Shown here one piece after another: positions 36,879 through 47,298 of a stretch of DNA of 64,000 bases. Source of the DNA: a virus (Duplodnaviria; Caudoviricetes); the IMG/VR virus record IMGVR_UViG_2603880160_000004, positions 1 to 64,000 of that record. One strand, 5' to 3'. Below the pieces are notes generated by a model. The model saw nothing but the letters and a program-made list of their open reading frames with translations, was not told the DNA's origin and did not search any database. A program made the position numbers and the translations under genes. The first letter of the stretch is position 1. Every line of letters starts with the position of its first letter.

Positions 36879-38588
36879 ATGAATATTACCGATTTAGTGT
36901 ACGACGTACTAGTTGAGGAAGTAAAAAATAAGAAACAATTTGCTTTCCTATTAAAAAAATGGTACGGAGATGAACCAACCCCTCAACAAATTAAAAGAGC
37001 GGAAGAAAATTTACAGTTATTTTTTGAAAAGCAAAAAGGATTGACATTAAACAATCCTGGTGTTCTTTCATTTCTACATCGTTGGGATGGTGTACATGGT
37101 TTAGGTGTTAAGGTGCCAGATTTAGACAATAATGGGGTACAAAAACAAAATAACGGACAACCTATGTTCAAATTAGTTCCGTTTAATTTTGAAGATGTTA
37201 AAGACCCTGGTCGTTATACTTTAGAACAATTTGAAGATTTACTTGATGAATTTAGAGATGCAACTTTAAATGGTAATGATGAAGAAGAAGAATTTAAAGG
37301 TAAATTAGATTCTACTCCTGAGAAAGTTAAGGCATCAAATAAATTATGGTTAAGTGAACGTAATAGTGTGGTCAATGAGGAAGGATTTAAAGTACATTAT
37401 GTTTCTGACGCTAGAGAAGCGATTAAATACGGATTTTATCAACAACAGTTAACAAAAAAATTTGGTGGTGCACAGTGGTGTGTAACGGGTAGAAATACTT
37501 CAGATTCTCGTGGTAATTTATGGGGTTCATATAGACCAAAAAGAACGTTTTGGTTTGTTATAGATGAATCTAAAAATCCGACAGAAGTAACTGACTCAAA
37601 TGTTTATAGATATTATTTATGTGCATTACAATATTGTGAAAATGATACGGATCATAGAGGTAACAGGTACACCGGTTTTAAAATGACAAGTATGTTAAAT
37701 GATGGTGATAATCCTAAAACATGGGAAGAAGTTGTTCAAATTTACCCACAACTTGCTGAACATAGAAATTTATTCAAATATGTAAAATACGATGAGAATG
37801 AGTTATTTGATAAGGATGAAGTTAATAGGATTAATGAAACACCAGGAAATAAATTAGAATTTGCAATGGTTAGAAGAAATTTAAAAAAAGCTTACATCGA
37901 TAGAGGTGGAGTTATTTCAACCGCAAAATCTTGGCAACGAATGGATACCAATCTCAGAACGTTATATATTATTTCGACAAACGCAAGAAATGTGATTGAC
38001 AAATATCAATCATATGAGTTGATGAGTGAAATTAGAAAAGTTGGTAATGAATTTAAGTTGTTAGATAACACACTTAGGTCTTTAGGTTTAAGATTAGATG
38101 AAAGAGGTGCTGTGGTTAACCAAAAATTGGGGGATGTTGGTGTTGGGTTTATCTATGAACATTTAATGTCGAATGAGTTTATTGTTGCTAGAGTTAGTAT
38201 AGATAATAAAAACTTAGTTTTATATGAAAGTAAAAAAACGAAAAAATTTGGTTTATATTATAACGACAAAGCATCGTGGGTTAAACAAGATGGTGTAGTT
38301 TTTGAACCTAATTATGCCCAAATGGGAACCGATTTATATAATGACAATGAAGGTAAAACTTACATTGTTGAGACATACACAACAGGTGGTGAACCAGATA
38401 ATACAAGTTTATATTGTGTATTCCCAATTGAAGAAAACGATAATGCAAGTGGTCACTTTGTTACTGCACAAAAATTTGAAATGTTAAAAACTAAAATACA
38501 ACCTAAGGATGAAAATGATGATGACGATAGTGTAAAAATTAGTGATTTTAATCCTGAAACGGATGTTGATATTAAAGAAATGAATTAA
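36879..38588 (+). CDS. Large late protein with PcfJ-like 'WC' domain
   Basis: A.KYG...QWCVT..WGSY..FWFVID; N-terminal LVYDVLVEE. Confidence 0.7.
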   Translation: MNITDLVYDVLVEEVKNKKQFAFLLKKWYGDEPTPQQIKRAEENLQLFFEKQKGLTLNNPGVLSFLHRWDGVHGLGVKVPDLDNNGVQKQNNGQPMFKLVPFNFEDVKDPGRYTLEQFEDLLDEFRDATLNGNDEEEEFKGKLDSTPEKVKASNKLWLSERNSVVNEEGFKVHYVSDAREAIKYGFYQQQLTKKFGGAQWCVTGRNTSDSRGNLWGSYRPKRTFWFVIDESKNPTEVTDSNVYRYYLCALQYCENDTDHRGNRYTGFKMTSMLNDGDNPKTWEEVVQIYPQLAEHRNLFKYVKYDENELFDKDEVNRINETPGNKLEFAMVRRNLKKAYIDRGGVISTAKSWQRMDTNLRTLYIISTNARNVIDKYQSYELMSEIRKVGNEFKLLDNTLRSLGLRLDERGAVVNQKLGDVGVGFIYEHLMSNEFIVARVSIDNKNLVLYESKKTKKFGLYYNDKASWVKQDGVVFEPNYAQMGTDLYNDNEGKTYIVETYTTGGEPDNTSLYCVFPIEENDNASGHFVTAQKFEMLKTKIQPKDENDDDDSVKISDFNPETDVDIKEMN

Positions 38589-38617
38589 ATGAAAAAGGGA
38601 CTATAAAGTCCCTTTTT

Positions 38618-39460
38618 TTATGATAGTAACGAATAGTATTCTTTAAAGTGTTTAATACGATCTGCAAGACCTATTGTTCCACCGTTTACTCTTTTAGTTA
38701 TGGATGTTACAACTGCGTCAGTTGCTCCACCATCTGCCATCTTATGTAATCCGTTCTTATTAAAGAACCAAGCGGCAGATAATAACGCATAATCTGATGC
38801 TACTTTATCAGGGTTGGCTGTCATATCCTCATTAATTGATTTACCAAACGCAGTGTAGTTATCTTTTCCTGTTAATTGAATGTAACCACGACCACAGAAT
38901 TTAGATCCTTCACCGCTTGATTCAGGACCATTACCCATTCTTCCACCATAAACCTTATTTGCAATTTTAACTGGTTGTCTTTCGTATGGTTTTGCTGCCA
39001 CCTCTGTGGGGAAATATTTCTTAAAGGTACCATTTAAACCCTTAGCTGAATAGTTTAAATTTTCCTTTGTAAGTCTAAAACCTCCAGATTCATGACCACA
39101 TTGAGCCAAGAAATGAGCTAAACGTAATGGTGTATCTATTTGAAATTTAGCTGCAGTATCAGGTATTTGAGCGATTACCACATCAGGTATGTGACCTTTT
39201 AATCTCTCTAATTTTAACCCCCCAACACTTTTAACGGGTGCAGGTTCGGTAATTACAGTAGGAGAGCTAACAGTCCCTTCGGTAAACATTTTAGACCATG
39301 TTCCGTCACCTACCACACCATCGGCGGTCAACCCATTAGAAGATTGCCAAGATTTAACTGCAGCTTCAGTTTTTGGTCCAAATTTTCCTATTGGGTCTAC
39401 CCCTAATTTAACTTGGAGTTTTTTAACGTCTTCTCCTTCAGATCCTAATTTTAATAACAT
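38618..39460 (-). CDS. Endolysin: PG-binding domain + GH19 catalytic domain
   Basis: G.FGPKTEAAVKSWQ..GL.ADG.VG; AHFLAQCGHESGGF, ENLNY, GRGYIQLTG, TKRVNGG..GL.DR. Confidence 0.92.
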   Translation of the reverse strand: MLLKLGSEGEDVKKLQVKLGVDPIGKFGPKTEAAVKSWQSSNGLTADGVVGDGTWSKMFTEGTVSSPTVITEPAPVKSVGGLKLERLKGHIPDVVIAQIPDTAAKFQIDTPLRLAHFLAQCGHESGGFRLTKENLNYSAKGLNGTFKKYFPTEVAAKPYERQPVKIANKVYGGRMGNGPESSGEGSKFCGRGYIQLTGKDNYTAFGKSINEDMTANPDKVASDYALLSAAWFFNKNGLHKMADGGATDAVVTSITKRVNGGTIGLADRIKHFKEYYSLLS

Positions 39461-39542
39461 ATTTTGTGTTTTATTAAATGTTTATTTATTTATAAATACC
39501 TCATATATTTTCTTAGGTATTTATATAAAAGGTATTTTTTCA

Positions 39543-40658
39543 ATGAAAAAGATTATACTATCCGAAAATCAAATAAAAAGAGTGGTTGATTCTATTATAA
39601 AAGAACAGGCTGGTGAAATTTCAGTTGGTACTGATGGGTCAAAAATAACCAATTCGTCACTATCGGGATTTGGATTACCCAAAGCCTCGACTGATAATTT
39701 TTATTATTCATCAACAACAGCGGAAATTATTAAACAAAGTGGAGGACCTGAGAATGGATTTCTTTCTATTTTTAAACCAATAAGTGATTCAAAAACATAC
39801 GTTGACTACTTAAAAATTGGTGATAATGTCTTATCAGGACAAGGTTCCCAAGTTGTAGATTTTAACACAAATCAACAGGTTATTGCGTCACATAACGGTT
39901 TGCTGCTAATTGTAAGGGCAATGAGACAATTTAAAGGTAGACCTTTTGTTACGACGTTGAGTTTTGGTAAATCAAAAACAACGACTGACCAAGGAAGATT
40001 GGAGAGGGAAACAAAAGTTACTGAGATTGATTGGGCAAATGCATTAAGACCACCGTTAGGTGTAATGGATTTACTTTGGTTGGGTTTATCTGTTGTTGAT
40101 TCTAAAACCTCAAGACCTGATTATAAAGTCATTATTGACAGAGCTAATCAAGGGGGTGTTAATTTATTTAATAAAACCTACCCAACGTATTTGTGTGGTT
40201 TGAACGTTGGTGGATTTGCCGACCCAACAAAAAAAGATGAGATTTTAAACGTCCTACCAAAAAAAGGGTTTATATTAGATTTTCAATATGATTTATCAAA
40301 AATGTATAACGCATTTAATTCATTAAAAAGTATGGAAGATTATGATGAAGATGGTAACGTTAACAAACAAAAACTTAATAAGGTAGATGAAATGTGGAAC
40401 ACATACTCCGGACCACTATTTGATTACATTTTACCAATTTACAAGAGAAATCTATTGGTATATGTTAAACATTATTTACCAAATTCATACGTCCAATATG
40501 AAAAACAAATAAATTCAATTGTGTATAACAATAAATTTAATGCATCCCAATGGTATGGTAAACTCGTTCAAAAAACGGGTAACATTACAAAATCATACGG
40601 AACAACAACTAACGCATCGGTAAATCAACAAACGGTACAAAATAGAACAGGTAATTAA
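39543..40658 (+). CDS. Hypothetical late protein with LSENQI tag
   Basis: MKKIILSENQIKRVVDSIIKEQ; TATTTATA 39518-25. Confidence 0.75.
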   Translation: MKKIILSENQIKRVVDSIIKEQAGEISVGTDGSKITNSSLSGFGLPKASTDNFYYSSTTAEIIKQSGGPENGFLSIFKPISDSKTYVDYLKIGDNVLSGQGSQVVDFNTNQQVIASHNGLLLIVRAMRQFKGRPFVTTLSFGKSKTTTDQGRLERETKVTEIDWANALRPPLGVMDLLWLGLSVVDSKTSRPDYKVIIDRANQGGVNLFNKTYPTYLCGLNVGGFADPTKKDEILNVLPKKGFILDFQYDLSKMYNAFNSLKSMEDYDEDGNVNKQKLNKVDEMWNTYSGPLFDYILPIYKRNLLVYVKHYLPNSYVQYEKQINSIVYNNKFNASQWYGKLVQKTGNITKSYGTTTNASVNQQTVQNRTGN

Positions 40659-40894
40659 TTTTTAATTACTTTTGGTTTATTTCTATAATAAACGGTATCA
40701 TAATGATATATTTTAACGGAAACCTTTTTTCCGTTTTTATATAACCATATTGGTTTACCCTCAACTTCCACCATTACTGTATCAAATACCTTTGGTGAGG
40801 TCTGTATGATGTAATATTCAATTCTGGTTGTCGGTTCTTGTGTAAACAAACATAATGTAAATAACATAGTTAAAATAATAATAATGTGTTTCAT
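40655..40894 (-). CDS. Small secreted hypothetical protein
   Basis: Signal-peptide-like N-terminus. Confidence 0.5.
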   Translation of the reverse strand: MKHIIIILTMLFTLCLFTQEPTTRIEYYIIQTSPKVFDTVMVEVEGKPIWLYKNGKKVSVKIYHYDTVYYRNKPKVIKN

Positions 40895-40950
40895 ATAAAT
40901 GATTTAGACACAAAATTATGTATTTTTAATGATATATCAAAAAAATTTTA

Positions 40951-41379
40951 TTATTTGTTGTGAGTTCCACACCAAGGACAAATTGGTAATGATTTCTTGT
41001 TTTTGTGTGTTGTTTGGGTGAATTTCTTTCTACAATTCTTACAAGTTAGGAATTTAGCGTCTTTATTTAAATCCTCAATACTTTTAACTTGTTTATCGGT
41101 AAGTGGTCTATATTCCTCAAGTCTGTCACTTTCTTTATATCTTAAAGGATTGGACGTTCTTTCCGGTTTACTAAATAACCTTTTTTTTCTTGTAAATGCA
41201 AAACTTCTACTTCTTTCGTCAACCTCTTGTTCTTTATTTACGTGACCACATTTGTGACAAGTATACGGATCTTTTTCTCCGTCAGATAAATCCCATTCCC
41301 ATCCACATTCTGAACAATGTATTTTTTTAAATGACTTCTTTAACTTTTCTAATTGACCTTCTGATATTAATATTCTCAT
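40951..41379 (-). CDS. Double zinc-ribbon protein with ISEGQL tag
   Basis: CSECG/CHKCG and CKNC/CPWCG. Confidence 0.7.
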   Translation of the reverse strand: MRILISEGQLEKLKKSFKKIHCSECGWEWDLSDGEKDPYTCHKCGHVNKEQEVDERSRSFAFTRKKRLFSKPERTSNPLRYKESDRLEEYRPLTDKQVKSIEDLNKDAKFLTCKNCRKKFTQTTHKNKKSLPICPWCGTHNK

Positions 41380-43226
41380 TTTATAAAGGACATTAACTTT
41401 AATTTATTTTCATTCAAATTCAATTGATAGTTAGTTAAGTATGAAACTAAATTATCTATTTTAACTGATTTGTTATAAAAATTTTGTTTATTATCTTTGT
41501 TCTCATAATCAATTTTAATCGATTCATTGTCACAATCAATTGACATAGATTTAATTCTCACAGTCACATGTTCATTATCAAACCTATCTTTACCGTACCC
41601 ACCATTAAAAAATTTATCGACAATGTCATTTAATTTTTTTCTAAGTTCAATACAATGACGACTCCTATTTGGGTCAGATATTATTTTCTCAAAATACTTT
41701 TTAGTTTCTCTTGTTATATAATTATTGTCACCATATTTTGGATACGTTATTTCAAAATTATAGACAGGTTCTTCTATTTGTGTGGTTATATTATATTGAC
41801 TTATATAGCTATCTAAAACATCTTGTAACGGCCATTCATCATCTCCAATAAATTTAATTTCATTTTTGATTAAAAAACGAACTAAATGAACTACTGAAAA
41901 ATTAAATTCATCATCACTACCGAAAGATAAATACTTTTCAATTGCGTCCGCTTCTCTATCATTTTCTTCTTCATAGCTCCTATAACTTAAATCGGTTACA
42001 TCGTCAACAAAATAATCTTTCAAATCTTCGTTTGATGAATAATCAGGAAAATAATCCTTTGTGAATTCCTCAATATTTTTAACCCCTAATTCATTTAATA
42101 ATTCATATTTATTTTCATTATAATAATTTGTAAAAATCCCTTCAATATCTGAAGAATACTCTTCTTGTTCATAATATTTATTTTCCAAATCACTATGTAC
42201 CCATTCCCATCCATTACTTGCTTCACCTCTATATTGATTAATACTGTCGTTAACACCGGTAGCTTCACCAATACTAACATCATCAACTTGTATTATTAAC
42301 CTCCCTTGATACACATCCACAGAACCATTTCTAGTGTCATCATTAATTAAATCCTCCAACGCATCGTTATCCAAATTTAAAATTGCTACCACTAATGGAT
42401 TATCAATTGTACCTATTGATTTTTTAATTACATCCATCCCATCTTCATCTGGTAAAATGGATATTCTAGCAATTTCACTTTTCACTTCTTGTTCTGATGT
42501 TTCTCTCACTAACGACGGAAAGAAATAATATTTAATCTCATCTTTACCAACCCAAAATTCAGTTGTGTTAATTCTCCTATCATCCTTATCCATATATTGA
42601 TTTGTCTCAAAATGGAATTGGTATTTATCCAAAGGATTGTTTTTATTAATCATTATGAATAAAGGACCTTTAACGTGATGTGATTGGAAATAATTTCCTC
42701 TATCTCTATATTTTTTATTCAAACAATGTTGACCCCAAGTTGTGCACCATTCAGTATTAACACCTAAATAAGATGACCCCTTTTCGGTCAATGGTTGGTA
42801 AAATGTCCAATCTTTACCGGTATGTAATAATTTATAGTCGGTACCTAAAACTAACGAATCCAATATTAATTTAAAATCTAACGTATCCTCAATAATATAT
42901 TGTTTAACAATATTGTATAAATCACCAAGTTGTCTTATTTTACCAATTTCCACCGGTATGTTATGTAAATAAACATATCCCAAATATTCTTTTGCTTTAA
43001 CCAAATCTTCAATTTGTAATGTACCTTTTTGGTATAGTGATAATAATAATTTTGAGTATTTTCCTAAATTCAATAAATTACCTACTCCATCTACATTTGA
43101 CCTTGGGTCAGAAACAACGATATTAACAAAAGTTTCATATGGTATTTTAGAATAATACTTTTGGTGTATTTCCTGACCACTTAACTCAAGTAGTAACTCT
43201 TCCAATAAAACATCTAAAATCTTCAT
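41376..43226 (-). CDS. Large acidic late protein with PcfJ-like 'WC' domain
   Basis: SSYLGVNTEWCTT...YF..GPLFI..KYQFHF..QYMD. Confidence 0.75.
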   Translation of the reverse strand: MKILDVLLEELLLELSGQEIHQKYYSKIPYETFVNIVVSDPRSNVDGVGNLLNLGKYSKLLLSLYQKGTLQIEDLVKAKEYLGYVYLHNIPVEIGKIRQLGDLYNIVKQYIIEDTLDFKLILDSLVLGTDYKLLHTGKDWTFYQPLTEKGSSYLGVNTEWCTTWGQHCLNKKYRDRGNYFQSHHVKGPLFIMINKNNPLDKYQFHFETNQYMDKDDRRINTTEFWVGKDEIKYYFFPSLVRETSEQEVKSEIARISILPDEDGMDVIKKSIGTIDNPLVVAILNLDNDALEDLINDDTRNGSVDVYQGRLIIQVDDVSIGEATGVNDSINQYRGEASNGWEWVHSDLENKYYEQEEYSSDIEGIFTNYYNENKYELLNELGVKNIEEFTKDYFPDYSSNEDLKDYFVDDVTDLSYRSYEEENDREADAIEKYLSFGSDDEFNFSVVHLVRFLIKNEIKFIGDDEWPLQDVLDSYISQYNITTQIEEPVYNFEITYPKYGDNNYITRETKKYFEKIISDPNRSRHCIELRKKLNDIVDKFFNGGYGKDRFDNEHVTVRIKSMSIDCDNESIKIDYENKDNKQNFYNKSVKIDNLVSYLTNYQLNLNENKLKLMSFIK

Positions 43227-43306
43227 ATCTATATAAATATCTCTTTATGTATAATAAAAAACCCCTCATTTCTGAAGGGTTTATCTACGACTTTATAATA
43301 ATATTG

Positions 43307-43471
43307 TTACAAGTATCTCTTGAACTCACTCTTTATCTTCTCCACCGTTTCGTTTACTTGAGGTAATTCCTCTTTTTTAGGTTCTACCACATTTTCCACT
43401 TGAACTGTCTTTTTGTTGTTTTCTACCAACATTTTAAGTTGTGATTCTGTGATTTTAAGTTTCTTAGTCAT
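43307..43471 (-). CDS. Small tagged protein (54 aa, not in ORF track)
   Basis: MTKKLKITESQLKMLVENNK...NETVEKIKSEFKRYL; TATTTATA upstream. Confidence 0.65.
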   Translation of the reverse strand: MTKKLKITESQLKMLVENNKKTVQVENVVEPKKEELPQVNETVEKIKSEFKRYL

Positions 43472-43528
43472 CGTTTTGTTTTTATATAAATACTTGAGTT
43501 TTAGGAATTGTTTAATTATATTACAAAT

Positions 43529-43915
43529 ATGGAAAAACCAATTGTAATTAACTCTCTCGAAACTGAGGGATGTTGTGTCCCAAAAGGTTGGGGTGATGAA
43601 ATCATTATTGAAAATAATGAAATGTATTGTGGTAAACTCTTAAGATTTAAACAGGGAGCAAAATTTTCTATGCATTATCATATGATTAAAGATGAAACTT
43701 GGTATGTAGATAAAGGTGAATTTATTTACAGATGGATAGATACAGAAACGGCAGAAACCATTGAACAACAATTAAAAGTTGGTGATACTGTAAGACAAAG
43801 ACCCGGACAACCTCATCAGTTAGAAGCGTTAACTGACGGTGTAGTATTTGAAGTGTCTACAGAACATAAAGACACAGATTCATACAGAGTGTGGAAAGGT
43901 GATAGTCAAAAGTAA
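43529..43915 (+). CDS. Cupin-fold sugar isomerase-like protein
   Basis: KGWG.E, YCGKLL, SMHYH..KDETW, H, EVST..DSYR. Confidence 0.8.
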   Translation: MEKPIVINSLETEGCCVPKGWGDEIIIENNEMYCGKLLRFKQGAKFSMHYHMIKDETWYVDKGEFIYRWIDTETAETIEQQLKVGDTVRQRPGQPHQLEALTDGVVFEVSTEHKDTDSYRVWKGDSQK

Positions 43916-43918
43916 AAT

Positions 43919-44683
43919 ATGAAAATAACTGTAATAGGTGAATTTTGTACGGATATATTCGTATATGGTGAAACAAAGAGATTAAGTCCTGAGGCACCCG
44001 TACCAGTTTTTAATCCGTTATATGTGGAAAGAAATTTTGGAATGGCAGGAAATGTAGTTGAAAATTTGAAGTCATTAAATCAAGATGTGACGATTAAACA
44101 TTTACATCAATTTCAACCAATTAAAAAAACAAGATATGTGGACGACAAATCTAATCACATGTTTATTAGAGTCGATGAAGGTGAGGAAACAATTACACCT
44201 TTAGAATTAACTGATAGTGTTATTGATGAAATAAAAGAATCTGACGCAATTATTATAAGTGATTACAATAAGGGATATTTGAATGAAAAAATATTATTAG
44301 AAGTTGCATATCATTCTCGTTTTATTGTCATGGATACAAAGAAAAAAATTTCACCTAATCTTGTATCTAATTTTAATTTTATAAAATTAAACGAACATGA
44401 GTATAGTAATTTTAGTGATGACGTTAAAAAACAATATCCAAACAAATTAATTGTAACGTTAGGTTCAAAAGGAGCAAAATATATGGATACCATATACCCG
44501 TCACCCGATCCTCGTGAAACAATTGATGTTAGTGGTGCTGGTGACACATTTACCGCATCATTTACCGTAAAATATTTAGAAACTAAAAACATTGAGGAGT
44601 CGATAATATTTGCAAATAAAATGGCATCAATTGTTGTTCAGAAAAGAGGGGTGAGTGTACCGATAACAAGACAAAAAAAATAA
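43919..44683 (+). CDS. HldE/RfaE-like heptose-7-phosphate kinase domain (PfkB)
   Basis: RLSPEAPVPV, ISDYNKG, DVSGAGDTF. Confidence 0.88.
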   Translation: MKITVIGEFCTDIFVYGETKRLSPEAPVPVFNPLYVERNFGMAGNVVENLKSLNQDVTIKHLHQFQPIKKTRYVDDKSNHMFIRVDEGEETITPLELTDSVIDEIKESDAIIISDYNKGYLNEKILLEVAYHSRFIVMDTKKKISPNLVSNFNFIKLNEHEYSNFSDDVKKQYPNKLIVTLGSKGAKYMDTIYPSPDPRETIDVSGAGDTFTASFTVKYLETKNIEESIIFANKMASIVVQKRGVSVPITRQKK

Positions 44684-44684
44684 T

Positions 44685-45317
44685 ATGAAAAAGTTATTAC
44701 CATTATTAATGATATTTCTGTCTTTCGTTTCTTACGCACAAGAAGAAAAATATAAATTGAAAAAAATTAAAACTATTTCTTATGTTAAAGAGTATATCAA
44801 TAATACATCAGAATATGAACATTCGGGTAGTATTAGTTTAGGAGTTTCTCCTCACGGTAATGCTTACTATGAAAGAAGAAGTAAACCAAAGGGAGATGGG
44901 TTTGGAGTTGATATATATAGGGATAAAGTAATTTATCCAGATGATTTTCAGAATAAGTATTATAGTGAAACGGATAGATTTATATTAAGTTCAAATAAAA
45001 GATTTGGTATGGGTATGTATTATATAACACCTTTAAAATATGGGTTTGATTTATCTTTCGGTGTTGGTTTTTTACGTTATAATTTATCAAAATCTTTACT
45101 CGATTTAACCGATAATATCAATGTAAAGTCAAGTACAAATTGGTATTTTATTTTTGGGTTTACAAAAGAAGTTCGCATTACAGAACGATTCCATTTAGAA
45201 ACGAATGGTAAGTTTAGAAATGTAGTAAAATATTCTGTATTTCGCGGCAATAGTCGAATTACCAAGTTTGAACCTGCATTGGGTATTAGATATGATTTAA
45301 ATTTTAAGAACAGATAA
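44685..45317 (+). CDS. Secreted/outer-membrane beta-rich protein
   Basis: Signal peptide SYA/Q; C-terminal ALGIRYDL. Confidence 0.55.
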   Translation: MKKLLPLLMIFLSFVSYAQEEKYKLKKIKTISYVKEYINNTSEYEHSGSISLGVSPHGNAYYERRSKPKGDGFGVDIYRDKVIYPDDFQNKYYSETDRFILSSNKRFGMGMYYITPLKYGFDLSFGVGFLRYNLSKSLLDLTDNINVKSSTNWYFIFGFTKEVRITERFHLETNGKFRNVVKYSVFRGNSRITKFEPALGIRYDLNFKNR

Positions 45318-45327
45318 AAAAATAGTT

Positions 45328-46134
45328 ATGAGAATTTTAATAACGGGCACAAACGGTTTTATTGGAAAAAATCTTCTAAATGAGTTAAAAGATAAACATG
45401 ATATTTTGGAAATAAATGAAGATATTTTTGATATTGAGGATTGGTATAACGAAATATATTTTAAATTAAATAAGTTTGATCCTGAAGTGGTATTTCACGT
45501 TGGTGCGTGTTCAGATACATTAGAAACTGATGTTAACTACATGATGACACGGAACTTTGAATTTACCCGTAGGGTTGCGGAATGGTGTCAGTTATTGGGC
45601 AAGAAGTTTATATATTCTTCCTCTGCTGCCAATTATGGAACAAATGAAGAATATCCGTCCAATCTTTATGGGTGGAGCAAATATGCTGCCGAACAATACG
45701 TTGTTAAATGTGGTGGGGTTGCTTTACGTTATTTTAACGTTTATGGTCCATTAGAGGGTCATAAAGGGAGGATGGCATCTGTGGCATATCAAATGTTGGA
45801 AAAACAAAAAGAAGGTCAGGAAATCAAGTTATTCCCTAATAAACCACAAAGGGATTTTGTCTATGTTAAGGATGTGATAAGTGCCAATTTATTTGCATTA
45901 GAAAACTATGACGATAATAGAGGTCAATGGTATGAAGTCGGTAGTGGTGACGCTAGAACTTTTGAAGATGTTTTAGATATTTTGAAAATTAGTTACACCT
46001 ACCATAACGAAAAAGATATCCCTGAAGGATATCAATTTCATACTAAAAGTAATTCAGAAAATTGGATGATTGGTTGGACACCTAAATACAATTTAGAAAA
46101 AGGGTTAGAGAATTATTGTCTAACATTAAATTAA
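45328..46134 (+). CDS. hldD: ADP-L-glycero-D-manno-heptose 6-epimerase-like
   Basis: TGTNGFIG, FHVGACSDT, YSSSAANYG, YGWSK, RYFNVYGP.E.HKGRMASV, RDFVYV. Confidence 0.85.
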   Translation: MRILITGTNGFIGKNLLNELKDKHDILEINEDIFDIEDWYNEIYFKLNKFDPEVVFHVGACSDTLETDVNYMMTRNFEFTRRVAEWCQLLGKKFIYSSSAANYGTNEEYPSNLYGWSKYAAEQYVVKCGGVALRYFNVYGPLEGHKGRMASVAYQMLEKQKEGQEIKLFPNKPQRDFVYVKDVISANLFALENYDDNRGQWYEVGSGDARTFEDVLDILKISYTYHNEKDIPEGYQFHTKSNSENWMIGWTPKYNLEKGLENYCLTLN

Positions 46135-46562
46135 ATTATTTCAATTGAATTTATTTTATCTCCTTGTTGGATTAAATCAATAACATCCAAACCATCGATT
46201 ACTTTACCAAAACAGGTATGGTTTCTATCAAGATGAGAAGTGTTATTACGACTATGACAAATGAAGAATTGAGAACCTCCTGTGTTTCTACCAGCATGTG
46301 CCATAGATAATACTCCCTTATCGTGGTATTGTTTTTCTGCTGTTACCTCACAAGGAATGTTATATCCTGGTCCACCTGCTCCCGTACCATTTGGACACCC
46401 ACCTTGAATAACGAAATCAGGTAATACTCTATGGAAATTTAATCCATTGTAGAATCCTTCATTAATTAATTTTTTGAAGTTGTCGGTTGTTATCGGTGTT
46501 TCGTTGTCATATAATTCCGCAATCATATCACCTTTTACTGTTGAAATTTTTACTTTGCTCAT
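46131..46562 (-). CDS. Cyclophilin-type peptidyl-prolyl isomerase
   Basis: FYNGLNFHRV..FVIQGG, LSMAHAG..TGGSQFFI, HLD..HT.FG.V. Confidence 0.95.
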   Translation of the reverse strand: MSKVKISTVKGDMIAELYDNETPITTDNFKKLINEGFYNGLNFHRVLPDFVIQGGCPNGTGAGGPGYNIPCEVTAEKQYHDKGVLSMAHAGRNTGGSQFFICHSRNNTSHLDRNHTCFGKVIDGLDVIDLIQQGDKINSIEII

Positions 46563-46662
46563 TTTTTGTTTTTTTATATTTTTCCAGTATTTATTCTAGA
46601 ATACTAGCACTAGAAGCAAAACTAGATATAAAGAATTCTAGTTTAATACTGGGTTAATTTAT

Positions 46663-47235
46663 TTAAATTGCTTCATACTCAATATCACCATAATCGTAAT
46701 ATTCGTTATCGTCATTATTTTCCACACCATCTTCTTCACCTTCTTCAATCTTCTTAATTGCTTCACATGCACTTTTAGCCATAACTCTATAAGTCCAAGA
46801 TTGAACTAATGGTTGTTCAGCTTTAATTTCCCATTCTGTTTCTTCAGCGTCTTCAGGTAAATCCTCATCACAATCTGAATCAATAATGTTTTTTTCTTTT
46901 TCTAATGGTCTTTTAAATGTGTCAATTGATTTCATTAACTCATCCCTAAATTCAATTAATTTTTTTAAGTCAGTAAATGTAAAATTAAAAGATCCAATTG
47001 TACTTGATAATTGAATGTCAACATGAGATTGTTCGTCATTTCCACAATTGTAAATGTAGAAACCATTTTCTTGACCCAACTCAATGTTGGAAGTGTCGGG
47101 ATAAACTGAAATGTATTGGTCTGGGTTATCTTCAACCATAGTTTTAAATTCCCTTTCAAGAGACTCTAATTGGGATAGACAATCTGAATATTTTTTAGTA
47201 AATTCTTTGTCCCACTTTTTAGTGTACTTTGCCAT
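46663..47235 (-). CDS. Acidic hypothetical protein
   Basis: 190-aa D/E-rich ORF. Confidence 0.7.
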   Translation of the reverse strand: MAKYTKKWDKEFTKKYSDCLSQLESLEREFKTMVEDNPDQYISVYPDTSNIELGQENGFYIYNCGNDEQSHVDIQLSSTIGSFNFTFTDLKKLIEFRDELMKSIDTFKRPLEKEKNIIDSDCDEDLPEDAEETEWEIKAEQPLVQSWTYRVMAKSACEAIKKIEEGEEDGVENNDDNEYYDYGDIEYEAI

Positions 47236-47298
47236 AATAATTTATTTTATAATACCAATATACAAAAAATAATTGATACAAAAAAATTATTATGTAAT

